Assembly: GCA_947632035.1 (NCBI GenBank)
Contig: CANRNR010000002.1
Coordinates: 1-64,000, forward strand
Direction: 5' to 3'
DNA: 64,000 bases
DNA from: an uncultured Clostridia bacterium
GTDB lineage: Bacteria; Bacillota; Clostridia; TANB77; CAG-508
Shown here: piece after piece, positions 8,290 through 18,500 of the stretch
How the letters are laid out: every line of letters begins with the position of its first letter
Numbering within the stretch: position 1 is the stretch's first letter
The notes under the pieces: generated by a model
What the model was told of the DNA's origin: nothing
The model's database searches: none
The model's input: the letters and a program-made list of their open reading frames with translations, nothing else
Position numbers and translations under genes: made by a program

Positions 8290-10131
8290 ATGGAAAATAA
8301 TGAATTAGAAAATAAGGAATTAAATGAAACAGAAGAAAAATTAGACTTAAAAGATGTTAATGCACAGCAACAAGAAAAAAAGGATAATTTATCAGAAACT
8401 AGTAAAAATTCAACAAATAATAAAGAAAAGAAAAAAGAAGAACAAAAAGAAAATAAAGTAGTAGAGAATAAAAATAAAAAATCTAAAAAACTACCTGTAG
8501 TTTTAACTTTATTTATTCTTTTATTTTTAATGATATTTTCAATCATTTTTTCATTATTAAATATGAATAATGAAAAAATATTAAATGGAATTTCTATGTT
8601 AGGAATAGATATAGGAAACCTTACTATTGATGAAGCAAAAAATAAAATAAATGATGCGATAGATAATAGATTTCATGATGAAAATAATAACTTAATTTTG
8701 AAAAGAAATGATAATGAGACTAGTGTAACAGCAAATACATTTAATGCAAAGTTTGATGTAGATACAGCTATTACAGAAGCATACAATATTGGAAGAAGTG
8801 GAAATATAATTACTAACAATTATGCTATTTTATGGACTAATTTATTCAAAAAACAAATTGAACCAACTTTATATTTAGATGAAGAATTGTTAAACTCTAC
8901 AATTAAAGATGTTGGGGCAAAAATGCCAGATGCATTAGTTCAAAATAGCTATTATGTAGAAGATGAGGAATTAATAATAGTAAAAGGAAAAGCAGGTTAT
9001 GTTATAGAAGAACAAAAATTAAAAGACAGTATATATGCACAATTAAGAAATATTCATACAAGTTATCAAGTTATAGAAATTCCTGTAACATATAAAGAAC
9101 CTGGCGAAATTGATTTAGAAAAAATACATAGTGAAATTTATAAAGAACCACAGAACGCTTATGTTGAAGAAAATCCAAAAACAGTTCATAGACATGTAGA
9201 TGGAGTAGACTTTAAGATGTCTATGGAAGATGCTAAAAAATTATTAGAACAAGATAAAGAAGAATACACTATACCACTAAAAATAACAGTACCAAAAATA
9301 ACAATAAATGATTTAGGAGATGAAGCATTTCCTAATTTACTAGCAACATTTTCAACAACATATGACTCAAGCAATTATAATAGAAGTACAAATATAGAGC
9401 TTGCTTCTAAAAAAATGAATGGTACAGTTGTAATGCCTGGTGAAAATTTCTCATATAATACTGTAATCGGAAAAAGAACTTTAGAAGCGGGATATAAAGA
9501 AGGAACAGCATATATAGGTGGAAAAGTAGTTCCAGATGTAGGTGGAGGAATTTGCCAATTATCTACTACTTTATATAATACCGCATTACTTGCAAACTTA
9601 AAAATTATTGATAGAAGTAATCATTTATTTTTAACAGGCTATGTTGCAGCAAGTAGAGATGCAACTGTATACTATGGAAGTATAGATTTTGTATTCCAAA
9701 ATACTAGAAGCTATCCTATAAAAATAGTATCAAACTCAAAAAATGGAGTTTGTAAAGTAAGTATATATGGAATAAAAGAAGAAGTAGAATATGAAGTAGT
9801 AATTCAATCTAAAATAACTTCTTATATAAATCAAACTACAACATACAAAGATGACCCAACCCTAGAAAAAGGTAAAGAAGTTGTTGAACAATATGGCTCA
9901 AACGGATGTAGAAGTGAAGCATATCGTATATTAAAATTAAATGGAAAAGTGGTTAATCAAGAATTATTATCAAAAGATACATATAAACCATTAGAAAGAA
10001 TTGTACGTAGAGGAACAAAAGATGTACCAAAAGCTCCTGAGACTTCTACAGAAACAAATACATCACCAACTGAAGAAACAAATGCAAATGTTGAAAATCA
10101 AAATACAGAAAGTCAAAACGTGGAAACTTAA
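8290..10131 (+). CDS. VanW family protein with C-terminal G5 domain
   Basis: N-terminal charged region + TM; VanW core (MPGENFSYNTVIGKRT...GGGICQLSTTLYNTAL...NHLFLTGYV); C-terminal G5-like segment (YKDDPTLEKGKEVVEQYGSNG...RIVRRGTKD). Confidence 0.8.
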   Translation: MENNELENKELNETEEKLDLKDVNAQQQEKKDNLSETSKNSTNNKEKKKEEQKENKVVENKNKKSKKLPVVLTLFILLFLMIFSIIFSLLNMNNEKILNGISMLGIDIGNLTIDEAKNKINDAIDNRFHDENNNLILKRNDNETSVTANTFNAKFDVDTAITEAYNIGRSGNIITNNYAILWTNLFKKQIEPTLYLDEELLNSTIKDVGAKMPDALVQNSYYVEDEELIIVKGKAGYVIEEQKLKDSIYAQLRNIHTSYQVIEIPVTYKEPGEIDLEKIHSEIYKEPQNAYVEENPKTVHRHVDGVDFKMSMEDAKKLLEQDKEEYTIPLKITVPKITINDLGDEAFPNLLATFSTTYDSSNYNRSTNIELASKKMNGTVVMPGENFSYNTVIGKRTLEAGYKEGTAYIGGKVVPDVGGGICQLSTTLYNTALLANLKIIDRSNHLFLTGYVAASRDATVYYGSIDFVFQNTRSYPIKIVSNSKNGVCKVSIYGIKEEVEYEVVIQSKITSYINQTTTYKDDPTLEKGKEVVEQYGSNGCRSEAYRILKLNGKVVNQELLSKDTYKPLERIVRRGTKDVPKAPETSTETNTSPTEETNANVENQNTESQNVET

Positions 10132-10171
10132 ATATAGTAACTCAAAAAAAATTATATAAAAGGAAGTAAGA

Positions 10172-11033
10172 ATGAGTTTAGAACAAGAAACTAGATTTTT
10201 AATGAAAAAATATCAAATTACTGCCAACAAAAATTTAGGTCAAAATTTTTTAATAGATGATGAGGTTATGAAAACCATTGTAACATCTGCTGAAATTACA
10301 AAAAATGATATTGTAATTGAAATAGGACCACGGATTAGGCTCATTAACAGCTAAACTATTAGAAAATGCTAAAAAAGTAATTGCTATTGAAATAGATAAA
10401 AAAATGGAAAATATATTACAAGATAGATTTTCTATTTATAATAATTTTACTTTAATAAATGAAGATGTATTAAAAATAGATTTACATAAACTGATAAAAG
10501 AGCAAAATCCAGAAAATAATAATGTAAAAATAGTAGCAAATTTACCATACTATATTACAACACCAATTATTATGAAATTATTAGAAGAAAAATTACCTAT
10601 TCAAAGCATTACTGTAATGATACAAAAAGAAGTTGCAGATAGGTTATCTGCTATTCCAGGTGAAAAAAATACAGGTGCAATTACTTATTGTGTTTACTAT
10701 TATTGTGAGGCAGAGGAAGTTTTAAAAGTTCCTAATAGTTCATTTATACCAGAACCACAAGTGGATTCAGAAGTAATAAATTTAAAAATTAGAAAAAATC
10801 CACCTGTAAAATTAGATAATGAAGAATTATTTTTTAAGCTTATTAAAGCAAGTTTTATGCAAAGAAGAAAAACTTTGTTAAATTCACTTTCTAATTCTGG
10901 CATTATACCAAAGGAAAAAGTAAGGAAATTATTAGAAAAATTAAATTTAAATGAAAATGTAAGAGGGGAAGAACTAACAATAGAGCAATTTGCACAGATG
11001 GCAAATATGCTAAATTTACCACTTGACAAGTGA
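10172..11033 (+). pseudogene. rsmA: 16S rRNA (adenine1518/1519-N6)-dimethyltransferase RsmA/KsgA, interrupted by +1 frameshift
   Basis: N-terminal part (NLGQNFLIDDEV...EIGP) and C-terminal part (NLPYYITTPIIMKLLEE...) lie in different frames. Removing one C at ~10331 (GGACCA-C-GGATTAGGC) restores EIGPGLGSLTAKLLENAKKVIAIEIDKKM. Confidence 0.85.
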
Positions 11034-11083
11034 TTAGAATTTTATTATAATAAATTCTAGACTTGAAAAAGAATTTAGCATAT

Positions 11084-11159
11084 GCGTCATTAGCTCAGTT
11101 GGTAGAGCAGCAGACTCTTAATCTGATGGTCGGAGGTTCGATTCCTCTATGACGCACCA
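11084..11159 (+). tRNA. tRNA-Lys (anticodon CUU)
   Basis: GCGTCATTAGCTCAGTTGGTAGAGCAGCAGACTCTTAATCTGATGGTCGGAGGTTCGATTCCTCTATGACGCACCA: perfect 7-bp acceptor stem, anticodon loop CTCTTAA, G27-A43 mismatch, encoded CCA. Confidence 0.8.
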
Positions 11160-11224
11160 AAAAGCACTACATTAATAAAATTCTTTATCAATTTGAAATA
11201 TTTTTAAAGACAATTATAAAATAA

Positions 11225-11257
11225 CACTAAGTTTAAATAACTTAGTGCTTTTTTTAT
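11225..11257 (+). terminator. rho-independent terminator after tRNA-Lys
   Basis: CACTAAGTTTAAATAACTTAGTGCTTTTTTT stem-loop + U-tract. Confidence 0.7.
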
Positions 11258-11425
11258 TGTGAAACAACAAGGTTCTCGGGTACCCGCCCACAATCTTTGA
11301 TTGTGATGGTGGGTGAGGTTCTTATACCACTTATGTAATAAAATTGACCATCTAGTAGAAAAATAATGAAAAAAAGTAAATAATATGTTATCATGATAAT
11401 AACAAAGAAGAAATGGAGAAAAAAG

Positions 11426-11866
11426 ATGGATATTGAAATAAAAGTTGATGAAAATTATGAAAATCCAAAAGTTGTAATTTATACAAAGCAAGTAGACAAG
11501 AATGTGTCTGATATTATAGATAGTATATCTAATGTAAATCAAGAAGTTTTAAAAGCTTACAAAGACGAAAAAATGTATATTTTACATCAAAAAGATATTG
11601 AGTCAATCTATTCTGAAAATGGAAAAATATATGTAAGATGTGAAAAAGAAATATATACTATAAAAAATAGATTATATGAACTAGAAAATTTACTTAATAA
11701 AAGAAAATTTTTCAGAATATCAAATTCAGAAATAATTAACTTTGAAAAAGTAAAAAATATTGATTTTAAAATTCTTGGAACTTTAATTATAAATTTCAAG
11801 AGTGGAAATATAGCATATGCTTCAAGAAGGTATATACCAAAAATAAAAGATTTTTTAGAAATGTAA
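11426..11866 (+). CDS. LytTR-family DNA-binding domain protein
   Basis: LytTR signature region FFRISNSEIINFEKVKNI...GNIAYASRRY. Start placed at MDIEIK (GGAGAAAAAAG RBS). Classic partner of the downstream DUF3021 membrane protein. Confidence 0.75.
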   Translation: MDIEIKVDENYENPKVVIYTKQVDKNVSDIIDSISNVNQEVLKAYKDEKMYILHQKDIESIYSENGKIYVRCEKEIYTIKNRLYELENLLNKRKFFRISNSEIINFEKVKNIDFKILGTLIINFKSGNIAYASRRYIPKIKDFLEM

Positions 11867-11880
11867 AGGAGTTGATTAAT

Positions 11881-12366
11881 ATGAAAAAAGAAAATTTTGT
11901 AAAAAAAGTTCTTGTATCATCTTTAAAAGGATTCCCTATTGGTGTAACTCTACTTATGTTAGCTTATGTTAGTATCTATTTTATTACAGATGAAAATGTA
12001 TTTGTTAATGAAGTTAGTCAGTTAGAAAATATAAAAACATTGATTTCTCAAACTGTTACTGCAGGCTTAGCTTATTGCTTAATATTCATGGGGCAAAATA
12101 TATTTGCTAACCTTGATAGTGTAGAAAGACATAAAAAGCATCCATATCAAACAATAGGAACGATAGTAGCTACATTTTTAATTTATATACTTGGAACAGC
12201 TATTTTGGCAAGTAAATATGTATTTTCTGAAAACATCGGAACTGTAAATATTGTTGTATCAATATTAATTTATGTTACTTATATAGTATATACTACAATT
12301 AAATGGATAATTGAAGAAAATGAAATAAGAAAAATAAATAAAAAGTTGGAAGAAAAAAATTCATAG
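11881..12366 (+). CDS. DUF3021 family membrane protein
   Basis: 4-TM small protein immediately downstream of the LytTR gene; AAGGAG RBS 10 nt upstream of ATG 11881. Confidence 0.7.
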   Translation: MKKENFVKKVLVSSLKGFPIGVTLLMLAYVSIYFITDENVFVNEVSQLENIKTLISQTVTAGLAYCLIFMGQNIFANLDSVERHKKHPYQTIGTIVATFLIYILGTAILASKYVFSENIGTVNIVVSILIYVTYIVYTTIKWIIEENEIRKINKKLEEKNS

Positions 12367-12443
12367 TAAAAATAAGAAATTTGATTGTTAGCAGTATCTA
12401 AATAAAATAGATATTACATAGAAAGAGTTTATTATTAAATAGT

Positions 12444-12476
12444 AAAAATCGCTAAGTAAGAAACTTAGCGATTTTT
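12444..12476 (+). terminator. rho-independent terminator
   Basis: AAAAATCGCTAAGTAAGAAACTTAGCGATTTTT perfect hairpin flanked by A/T runs. Confidence 0.75.
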
Positions 12477-12532
12477 ATGTGCCAATTTGAATGTGGCGTG
12501 TTGACAAGAAAATTTATGGTATAAAAATAATT

Positions 12533-12595
12533 TTAATTAAAAACTCTCTTGACTTAAAGCAAAATAAAAAGTATTATAATTGCATATAATAAAAG
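12533..12595 (+). promoter_or_regulatory. promoter element TTGACT-17-TATTAT with conserved downstream box; copy A of a duplicated ~60-bp element
   Basis: AATTAAAAACTCTCTTGACTTAAAGCAAAATAAAAAGTATTATAATTGCATATAATAAAAGGG. Near-identical copy at 17300-17364. Confidence 0.6.
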
Positions 12596-12637
12596 GGAAA
12601 ATTTAAACTATGGAAGTAACAAAAAGGAGATAAAAAT

Positions 12638-15220
12638 ATGTTACAACTAAAAAATATTACCAAAAATTATTTATCAGGAGAAAACGAAGTTCAAGCATTA
12701 AAAGGAATTAGCGTTGAATTTAGAAAAAGTGAATTTGTATCTATTTTAGGTCCAAGTGGTTGTGGAAAAACAACTTTGCTTAATATCATAGGCGGATTAG
12801 ATAGGTATACTTCTGGAGATTTAATAATTAATGGAAAATCTACAAAAGAGTTTAAAGATAGAGATTGGGATGCATATAGAAATTATTCAGTAGGATTTGT
12901 TTTTCAAAATTATAATTTAATACCTCATCAAACAGTATTATCAAATGTAGAGCTTGCACTTACTCTTTCAGGTGTTTCTAAATCAGAAAGAAGAAAAAGA
13001 GCAATAGAGGCTTTAAAAAGTGTAGGACTTGGAGACCAAATTCATAAAAAGCCTAATCAAATGTCTGGTGGTCAAATGCAAAGGGTTGCAATAGCAAGGG
13101 CATTAGTAAATGACCCAGATATAATCTTAGCAGATGAGCCAACAGGAGCACTTGATACAGTTACCAGTAATCAGATTATGGAAATCTTGAAGAGCATTTC
13201 AAAAGACAAATTAATAATTATGGTAACTCACAATGGAGAATTAGCAGAAAAATATTCTTCAAGAATAATAAAAGTATTAGATGGAAAAGTAATAGAAGAT
13301 TCAGATCCTTATGAATCAAAAGAGGAGAAAAAGGAAGATACTAAAAAGAGAAGAACATCTATGAAATTCTTTACAGCACTAAGGCTTAGCTTAAATAACT
13401 TAATGACTAAAAAGGGAAGAACATTTCTAACTTCTTTTGCAGGAAGCATTGGAATTATAGGAATTGCACTTATATTATCAATTTCAAATGGTGTGCAAAA
13501 CTATATTGATAAAGTTCAAGAGGATACACTTTCTTCATATCCAATAACTTTGCAAGAGCAATCCGTTGATATGTCAAGCATAATGACATCTTTCATGGAA
13601 TTGAATGAAGATAGAAATCATGAGGATGGAAAAATTTATTCAGTAGAAATTATGGGCGATATGCTAAGCACAATGTCTAGCAAGATAGAAAAGAATAATC
13701 TAAAAGAATTTAAAAAATATTTAGATTCTGAAGGAAATGAAATTACCAAAAATAGCAATGCAATACAGTATGCATATAATTTGAACCTTAATTTGTATTC
13801 TTCAAATACTAAAGATGGAGTGGTTCAGGTAAATCCTAATCAAGTAATGAAAATTGTAGGATTACAAAGTGAGCTACCAGAAGCAATGCAAGGGCAGGCA
13901 TCAATAATGATGAGCGGTAATAATATTTGGCAAGAAATGTTAGATAATGAAGAATTACTTAAATCACAATATGATGTTTTAGCAGGAAAATGGCCAGAAA
14001 AATATAACGAAGTGGTTTTAATTGTAAATGAAAATAATGAAGTTAGTGATTATATGCTATATTCATTAGGAATAAAAGATCAAGATGAATTAAAAGACAA
14101 AATGCAGGACATAAAAGATGGTAAAGAAGTAGAAAAAACTGAAGAAGAAGTTTTTAGCTATGATGATTTATTAGATTTATCATTTAAATTGGTTTTAAAT
14201 ACAGATTATTATAAAAAAGAGCATGGTGTATGGACTGATAAAAGTGATGATAAAGATTATATGAAAAAATTAGTAGACAAGGCAGAAAGCATAAATATAG
14301 TAGGAATTATAAGACCAAATAGTGCATCAATAAATACAGCTTTAGCAAACGGAATAGGATATAGTAAAGATTTAAAAGAATATGTTATAAATAAAATAAA
14401 TGAAGCAGAAATTGTAAAAGAACAAAAGAAAGATAAAAAGGTAAATGTATTTACAGGAATTGATTTCCCTGAGGATAAAGATGATGCAAGTTTTAGCTTT
14501 AATGATTTATCAACTGAACAAAAAATGAAACTTGCTACATTAAGCCAAGAGGAACTTGCAAAACTTATGCAAACTTATGCAGATAATGCAAAAGCAAGTT
14601 ATGAAGATAACTTATCAAAATTAGGTGTGGTAAATTTAGATGAACCAAGTGCAATTTATATTTATCCAACAAATTTTGACGCAAAAGAGAATATAACTGA
14701 AGAAATTGAGAATTATAATACAAGACAAAGAGAAGATGGAAAAGAAGCAAATGTTATTACTTATACAGATATGATAGGAATTATGATGAATTCAGTATCA
14801 GTAATAATTGATGTAATTAGCTATGTTTTAATTGCATTTGTTTCAATTTCATTAGTAGTTTCATCAATTATGATAGGAATTATCACATATATTTCAGTAT
14901 TAGAAAGAACAAAAGAGATTGGTATTTTAAGAGCTATTGGTGCATCTAAAAAGGATATTTCAAGAGTATTCAATGCTGAAACTTTAATTGTTGGATTAGT
15001 TGCAGGTGCATTAGGAATTGAAATCACAGTACTATTATGTATACCAATAAATGCATTGATTGCTGCACTTTCAGGAGTAAGTGGTGTATCTGCTGCATTA
15101 CCATTTAAAGCAGGAATTGTATTAGTTATAATTAGTATGATTCTTACTATGATAGCTGGTTTAATACCATCTAAGATGGCAAGTAAAAAAGACCCAGTTG
15201 AAGCTTTAAGAACAGAGTAA
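12638..15220 (+). CDS. ABC transporter, fused ATP-binding and FtsX-type permease (MacB-like)
   Basis: Walker A GPSGCGKTT, signature LSGGQMQRVAIARAL, Walker B IILADEPTGALD, then large extracytoplasmic domain and C-terminal FtsX 4-TM permease. Confidence 0.85.
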   Translation: MLQLKNITKNYLSGENEVQALKGISVEFRKSEFVSILGPSGCGKTTLLNIIGGLDRYTSGDLIINGKSTKEFKDRDWDAYRNYSVGFVFQNYNLIPHQTVLSNVELALTLSGVSKSERRKRAIEALKSVGLGDQIHKKPNQMSGGQMQRVAIARALVNDPDIILADEPTGALDTVTSNQIMEILKSISKDKLIIMVTHNGELAEKYSSRIIKVLDGKVIEDSDPYESKEEKKEDTKKRRTSMKFFTALRLSLNNLMTKKGRTFLTSFAGSIGIIGIALILSISNGVQNYIDKVQEDTLSSYPITLQEQSVDMSSIMTSFMELNEDRNHEDGKIYSVEIMGDMLSTMSSKIEKNNLKEFKKYLDSEGNEITKNSNAIQYAYNLNLNLYSSNTKDGVVQVNPNQVMKIVGLQSELPEAMQGQASIMMSGNNIWQEMLDNEELLKSQYDVLAGKWPEKYNEVVLIVNENNEVSDYMLYSLGIKDQDELKDKMQDIKDGKEVEKTEEEVFSYDDLLDLSFKLVLNTDYYKKEHGVWTDKSDDKDYMKKLVDKAESINIVGIIRPNSASINTALANGIGYSKDLKEYVINKINEAEIVKEQKKDKKVNVFTGIDFPEDKDDASFSFNDLSTEQKMKLATLSQEELAKLMQTYADNAKASYEDNLSKLGVVNLDEPSAIYIYPTNFDAKENITEEIENYNTRQREDGKEANVITYTDMIGIMMNSVSVIIDVISYVLIAFVSISLVVSSIMIGIITYISVLERTKEIGILRAIGASKKDISRVFNAETLIVGLVAGALGIEITVLLCIPINALIAALSGVSGVSAALPFKAGIVLVIISMILTMIAGLIPSKMASKKDPVEALRTE

Positions 15221-15440
15221 TAATTAGAAATTATAATAAAAAACAAAAAGATTATGCAAAATAAAATTGTCGGTATATTTAATAAAAGGTATACCAAAAT
15301 TTTATTTTGCATATTTACATAATGTATAAAATATGATAAAATCATAAACAGAGTTTTTATTACTAAGTATATTAAAAAGAAAATTAGTGATAAGTGTTTT
15401 GTGAAACCATTAAATTATTTCATTTTAAGGAGGACAAAAT

Positions 15441-17141
15441 ATGAGTTTCATTACTGACAATCTTGGCATAATAGGAATTATCCTTGGTTGCATTATAGCA
15501 GTAATTGCTATTATTGTATTCTTTGCCAAAATTTACAAAGTTGCAGATGTTGACAAAGTACTGATTATTACAGGTGGTAAAAAACCTGTAATCAAGATTT
15601 CAGGCGGCGCCTTTGTAGTTCCAGTTTTTCGGAAAGCAAGCTATTTTGATTTATGTATGTTAACAGTCAAAGCAGACAAAGATGAAATCAAAACCAATAC
15701 AGCCGTATCTATTATAGCTGATTGGACTGCTCAGATTCGGCCATGCATTACTAATGAAGAAAAGCTTCGCACAGCAATTATTTCATTTAAAGAACGTGGA
15801 AAAGATGGAATTATTGCAGATGTTAAACTGACGCTTATGGGTGCTGTGCGTGATGTTGTTGCATCCATGACTCCAGAAGAAATTTTGAGAGACAAAGAAA
15901 GATTTAAACAAGAGGTCCAAAAAAGTGTTGATGATGAAATGAACAATATGGGCCTCGATCTTGTATCTTTGAACATTCAGGATGTCTCTGATTCTAGTGG
16001 ATACTACGAAAACATTGCGGCTCTAGACTCTTCTGACAAGAAAAAAGCGGCTCAAATTAAGACTGCTGAAGTCGAAAGAGAAACTCGCGAGAAGAAAGCA
16101 GAAGCAGGTAAAGCAGCAGATATTGCAGAAGCGAAAGCAAAGCAGGCAACTGAAATTGCAAAAATGGAAGCTGAACTTGCTGAAAAGGAAAAGCGCAAGG
16201 ATACTGACATGAAATTGGCAGAATTCAAAACTCTTACCGATACTGCCAATGCAAATGCAGAAGTTGCCGGCGAGCTCCAAAAGACCATTCGTACACGTGA
16301 GGTTGAGCAGCAAAAAGGTGCTGTTAAGGTCATGATAGCTGAGCAGGAAAACTTAGCTGCCCAAAAAGAGCGTGAAGTAATAATTACTCGTGCAGAAGCT
16401 GAGAAAGATCAAAAGCGCATTAGTGCAGAAGCAGAGAAGCAAACTTTGCTCATTAATGCAGAAGCTGATGCCAATAAGAAAGCTATCGAAGCTGATGCAA
16501 CAATCAAGGTGGCTGAAAGTGAAGCTGAAGCAGCTCGTAAACAGGCAAAAGGCGTTGCTGATGTTGAAATAACAAAGGCAGAGGCTAGCAGAACAGTTGC
16601 TGTCAAACAAGCTGAAGCTCTTAAAATAACTGCTGAAGCTCAAGCTGAAAAGATTAAAGCAGAAGGTAATGCTGAAGCCGAAGTTATTAAGCAAAAAGCT
16701 ACTGCGGAGGCTGAGGGTATTAAAGCTAAGAAAATGGCGGAAGCAGAAGGCGAAAAAGCCCTTGCTGAAGCTCGTTCTGCAAATGACAAGGTTAATTTTG
16801 AGATTGAAAGTTTGAGAATTCAAACTGATGCTAAAATTAAAATTGCCACATCTGTTGCCGAAGTTATGGCTAATGTTGGTCAGAAAGCTGAGTTCATCAA
16901 TATTGGCGGAGCAAGCAACCCAAACATAACAGGTACTGGAACAGGTAATGTTTTGATTGACACTCTCATGCAAATTCCTGTTTTAATGAAGCAACTTGAC
17001 GTACAGAATGAAGCGCTTAACGGAAGGCCAGTAACTGATGAAGTTAAGAACCTTTCCAACGCAATTCTTTCTGGTCTTTCAGCTGTAAGAAAAACTGACG
17101 TAGAAGAAACTCCTACGCAGGAACCATCTGATAAGGATTAA
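15441..17141 (+). CDS. flotillin-like SPFH/Band-7 family protein (FloT/YuaG-like)
   Basis: N-terminal TM, SPFH domain, long Ala/Glu/Lys-rich flotillin-repeat coiled coil (AEAEKQ..., AEAQAEKIKAEG...). Markedly higher GC than surroundings. Confidence 0.75.
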   Translation: MSFITDNLGIIGIILGCIIAVIAIIVFFAKIYKVADVDKVLIITGGKKPVIKISGGAFVVPVFRKASYFDLCMLTVKADKDEIKTNTAVSIIADWTAQIRPCITNEEKLRTAIISFKERGKDGIIADVKLTLMGAVRDVVASMTPEEILRDKERFKQEVQKSVDDEMNNMGLDLVSLNIQDVSDSSGYYENIAALDSSDKKKAAQIKTAEVERETREKKAEAGKAADIAEAKAKQATEIAKMEAELAEKEKRKDTDMKLAEFKTLTDTANANAEVAGELQKTIRTREVEQQKGAVKVMIAEQENLAAQKEREVIITRAEAEKDQKRISAEAEKQTLLINAEADANKKAIEADATIKVAESEAEAARKQAKGVADVEITKAEASRTVAVKQAEALKITAEAQAEKIKAEGNAEAEVIKQKATAEAEGIKAKKMAEAEGEKALAEARSANDKVNFEIESLRIQTDAKIKIATSVAEVMANVGQKAEFINIGGASNPNITGTGTGNVLIDTLMQIPVLMKQLDVQNEALNGRPVTDEVKNLSNAILSGLSAVRKTDVEETPTQEPSDKD

Positions 17142-17299
17142 ATACTTATTCTAAAGTAACTTTAAATCTTTTGAAGATGGTAAAAATACAACTATAATAA
17201 AACTCTAAATGATTAACACAATTCACAATTATTATCACTAACAAAACTTTTTAGAAGGTATTCTATTTTATGAATGCCTTCTTTTTCTATTTAAAATTT

Positions 17300-17364
17300 T
17301 AATTAAAAAATCATCTTGACTAAAAACAAAATAAAAAGTATTATAAATGCATATAATAAAAACG
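17300..17364 (+). promoter_or_regulatory. promoter element, copy B of duplicated ~60-bp element (TTGACT-17-TATTAT)
   Basis: AATTAAAAAATCATCTTGACTAAAAACAAAATAAAAAGTATTATAAATGCATATAATAAAAACG, ~90% identical to 12533-12595. Confidence 0.6.
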
Positions 17365-17436
17365 AAAAAATATAAAAATATAACAACATAAATAATTAAA
17401 AAAGTAAACATAAGAATAAAAAAGGAGGGAAAACAT

Positions 17437-18387
17437 ATGCTAGAAATGTACAATACAGATATTGAAACAAATAAAACAACAAAAGTAAAAGAGTATAAAA
17501 AAGGTAATTGGATAAATCTAGTTGCACCCTCTGAAGAAGAAATAAAAGAAGTATGTGAAAATGTAAAAATACAAGATGATTTCATAAGATATGCCTTAGA
17601 CTTTGAAGAAAAAGCTAGAATTGATTTAGAAGAAGATGACCAAACCACATTATTTGTTATAGATGTTCCAATTCGTGAAAAAGAAGATGAAAATATTGTA
17701 TACAGTACAATGCCAATTGGTATAATTCTAGTAAGAGATGACTACTTTATCACAGTTTCAATTAGAAGAAATGACATCATTCAAAGTTTTACAAAGGATA
17801 ATATGAAAAATGTAATTACCTATAAGAAAAGTAGATTTCTATTACAAATTTTATATACAAATTCATCATATTATTTAAATTTATTAAAGAAAATTAACAA
17901 AGAAACAGAAATAGCAGAGTCTGATTTAAAAAATTCTATGAGAAATAAAGAATTATTAAAGTTATTAAGTTTAGAAAAAAGTTTAGTTTATTTTACAACT
18001 TCCTTAAAATCAAATGAGTCTGTTATGGAAAAAACAATGAGAGGGAAAATAATAAAACTTTATGAAGAAGACGAAGATTTATTAGAAGATGCAATTATTG
18101 AAAATAGACAATCCATTGAAATGGCAAAAATATATAGTGACATTTTAAACGGAACTATGGATGCTTATGCTTCAATAATTTCTAATAATTTAAATAGAGT
18201 TATGAAAGTTTTAACATCAATTACTATTGTTTTATCAGTACCTACAATGATAGCAAGTTATTGGGGAATGAATGTACCAGTTCCACTTCAACATAATCCA
18301 TTCGGCTTTTTGATTATAATAGGAATTTCTATTCTTATTTCAATAGTAGTAACTTGGTGGCTAAACAAGCAAAATATGCTAAAATAG
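17437..18387 (+). CDS. corA: CorA family Mg2+/Co2+ transporter
   Basis: 316 aa, C-terminal two TM helices with YWGMNV (GMN) signature. Confidence 0.85.
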   Translation: MLEMYNTDIETNKTTKVKEYKKGNWINLVAPSEEEIKEVCENVKIQDDFIRYALDFEEKARIDLEEDDQTTLFVIDVPIREKEDENIVYSTMPIGIILVRDDYFITVSIRRNDIIQSFTKDNMKNVITYKKSRFLLQILYTNSSYYLNLLKKINKETEIAESDLKNSMRNKELLKLLSLEKSLVYFTTSLKSNESVMEKTMRGKIIKLYEEDEDLLEDAIIENRQSIEMAKIYSDILNGTMDAYASIISNNLNRVMKVLTSITIVLSVPTMIASYWGMNVPVPLQHNPFGFLIIIGISILISIVVTWWLNKQNMLK

Positions 18388-18500
18388 CAAAAAAATACAA
18401 AATTGGATAAATATGCCTCTAAAACAAAGAATAAAAAAATAAAAATAGAATATACTAAATCATGAAGACATTTTTTTATAAAAAAAGGAGGCTAGCTAAA

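Noticed and set aside
11393-11425. Upstream ATG start (MIITKKKWRKKM) for the LytTR protein
   Set aside because: No RBS, whereas MDIEIK at 11426 has a GGAG-type RBS and matches typical LytTR-only protein length.
16023-16973. Minus-strand ORFs (96, 93, 206, 65 aa) inside the flotillin gene and the 60-aa plus-strand ORF at 16390
   Set aside because: Low-complexity translations of the antisense or alternate frame of the Ala/Glu/Lys repeat region; no RBS or independent support.
17150-17436. Mg2+ riboswitch (M-box) expected upstream of corA
   Set aside because: The leader is short and almost pure A/T apart from the promoter element; no M-box-like helices or conserved core were visible.
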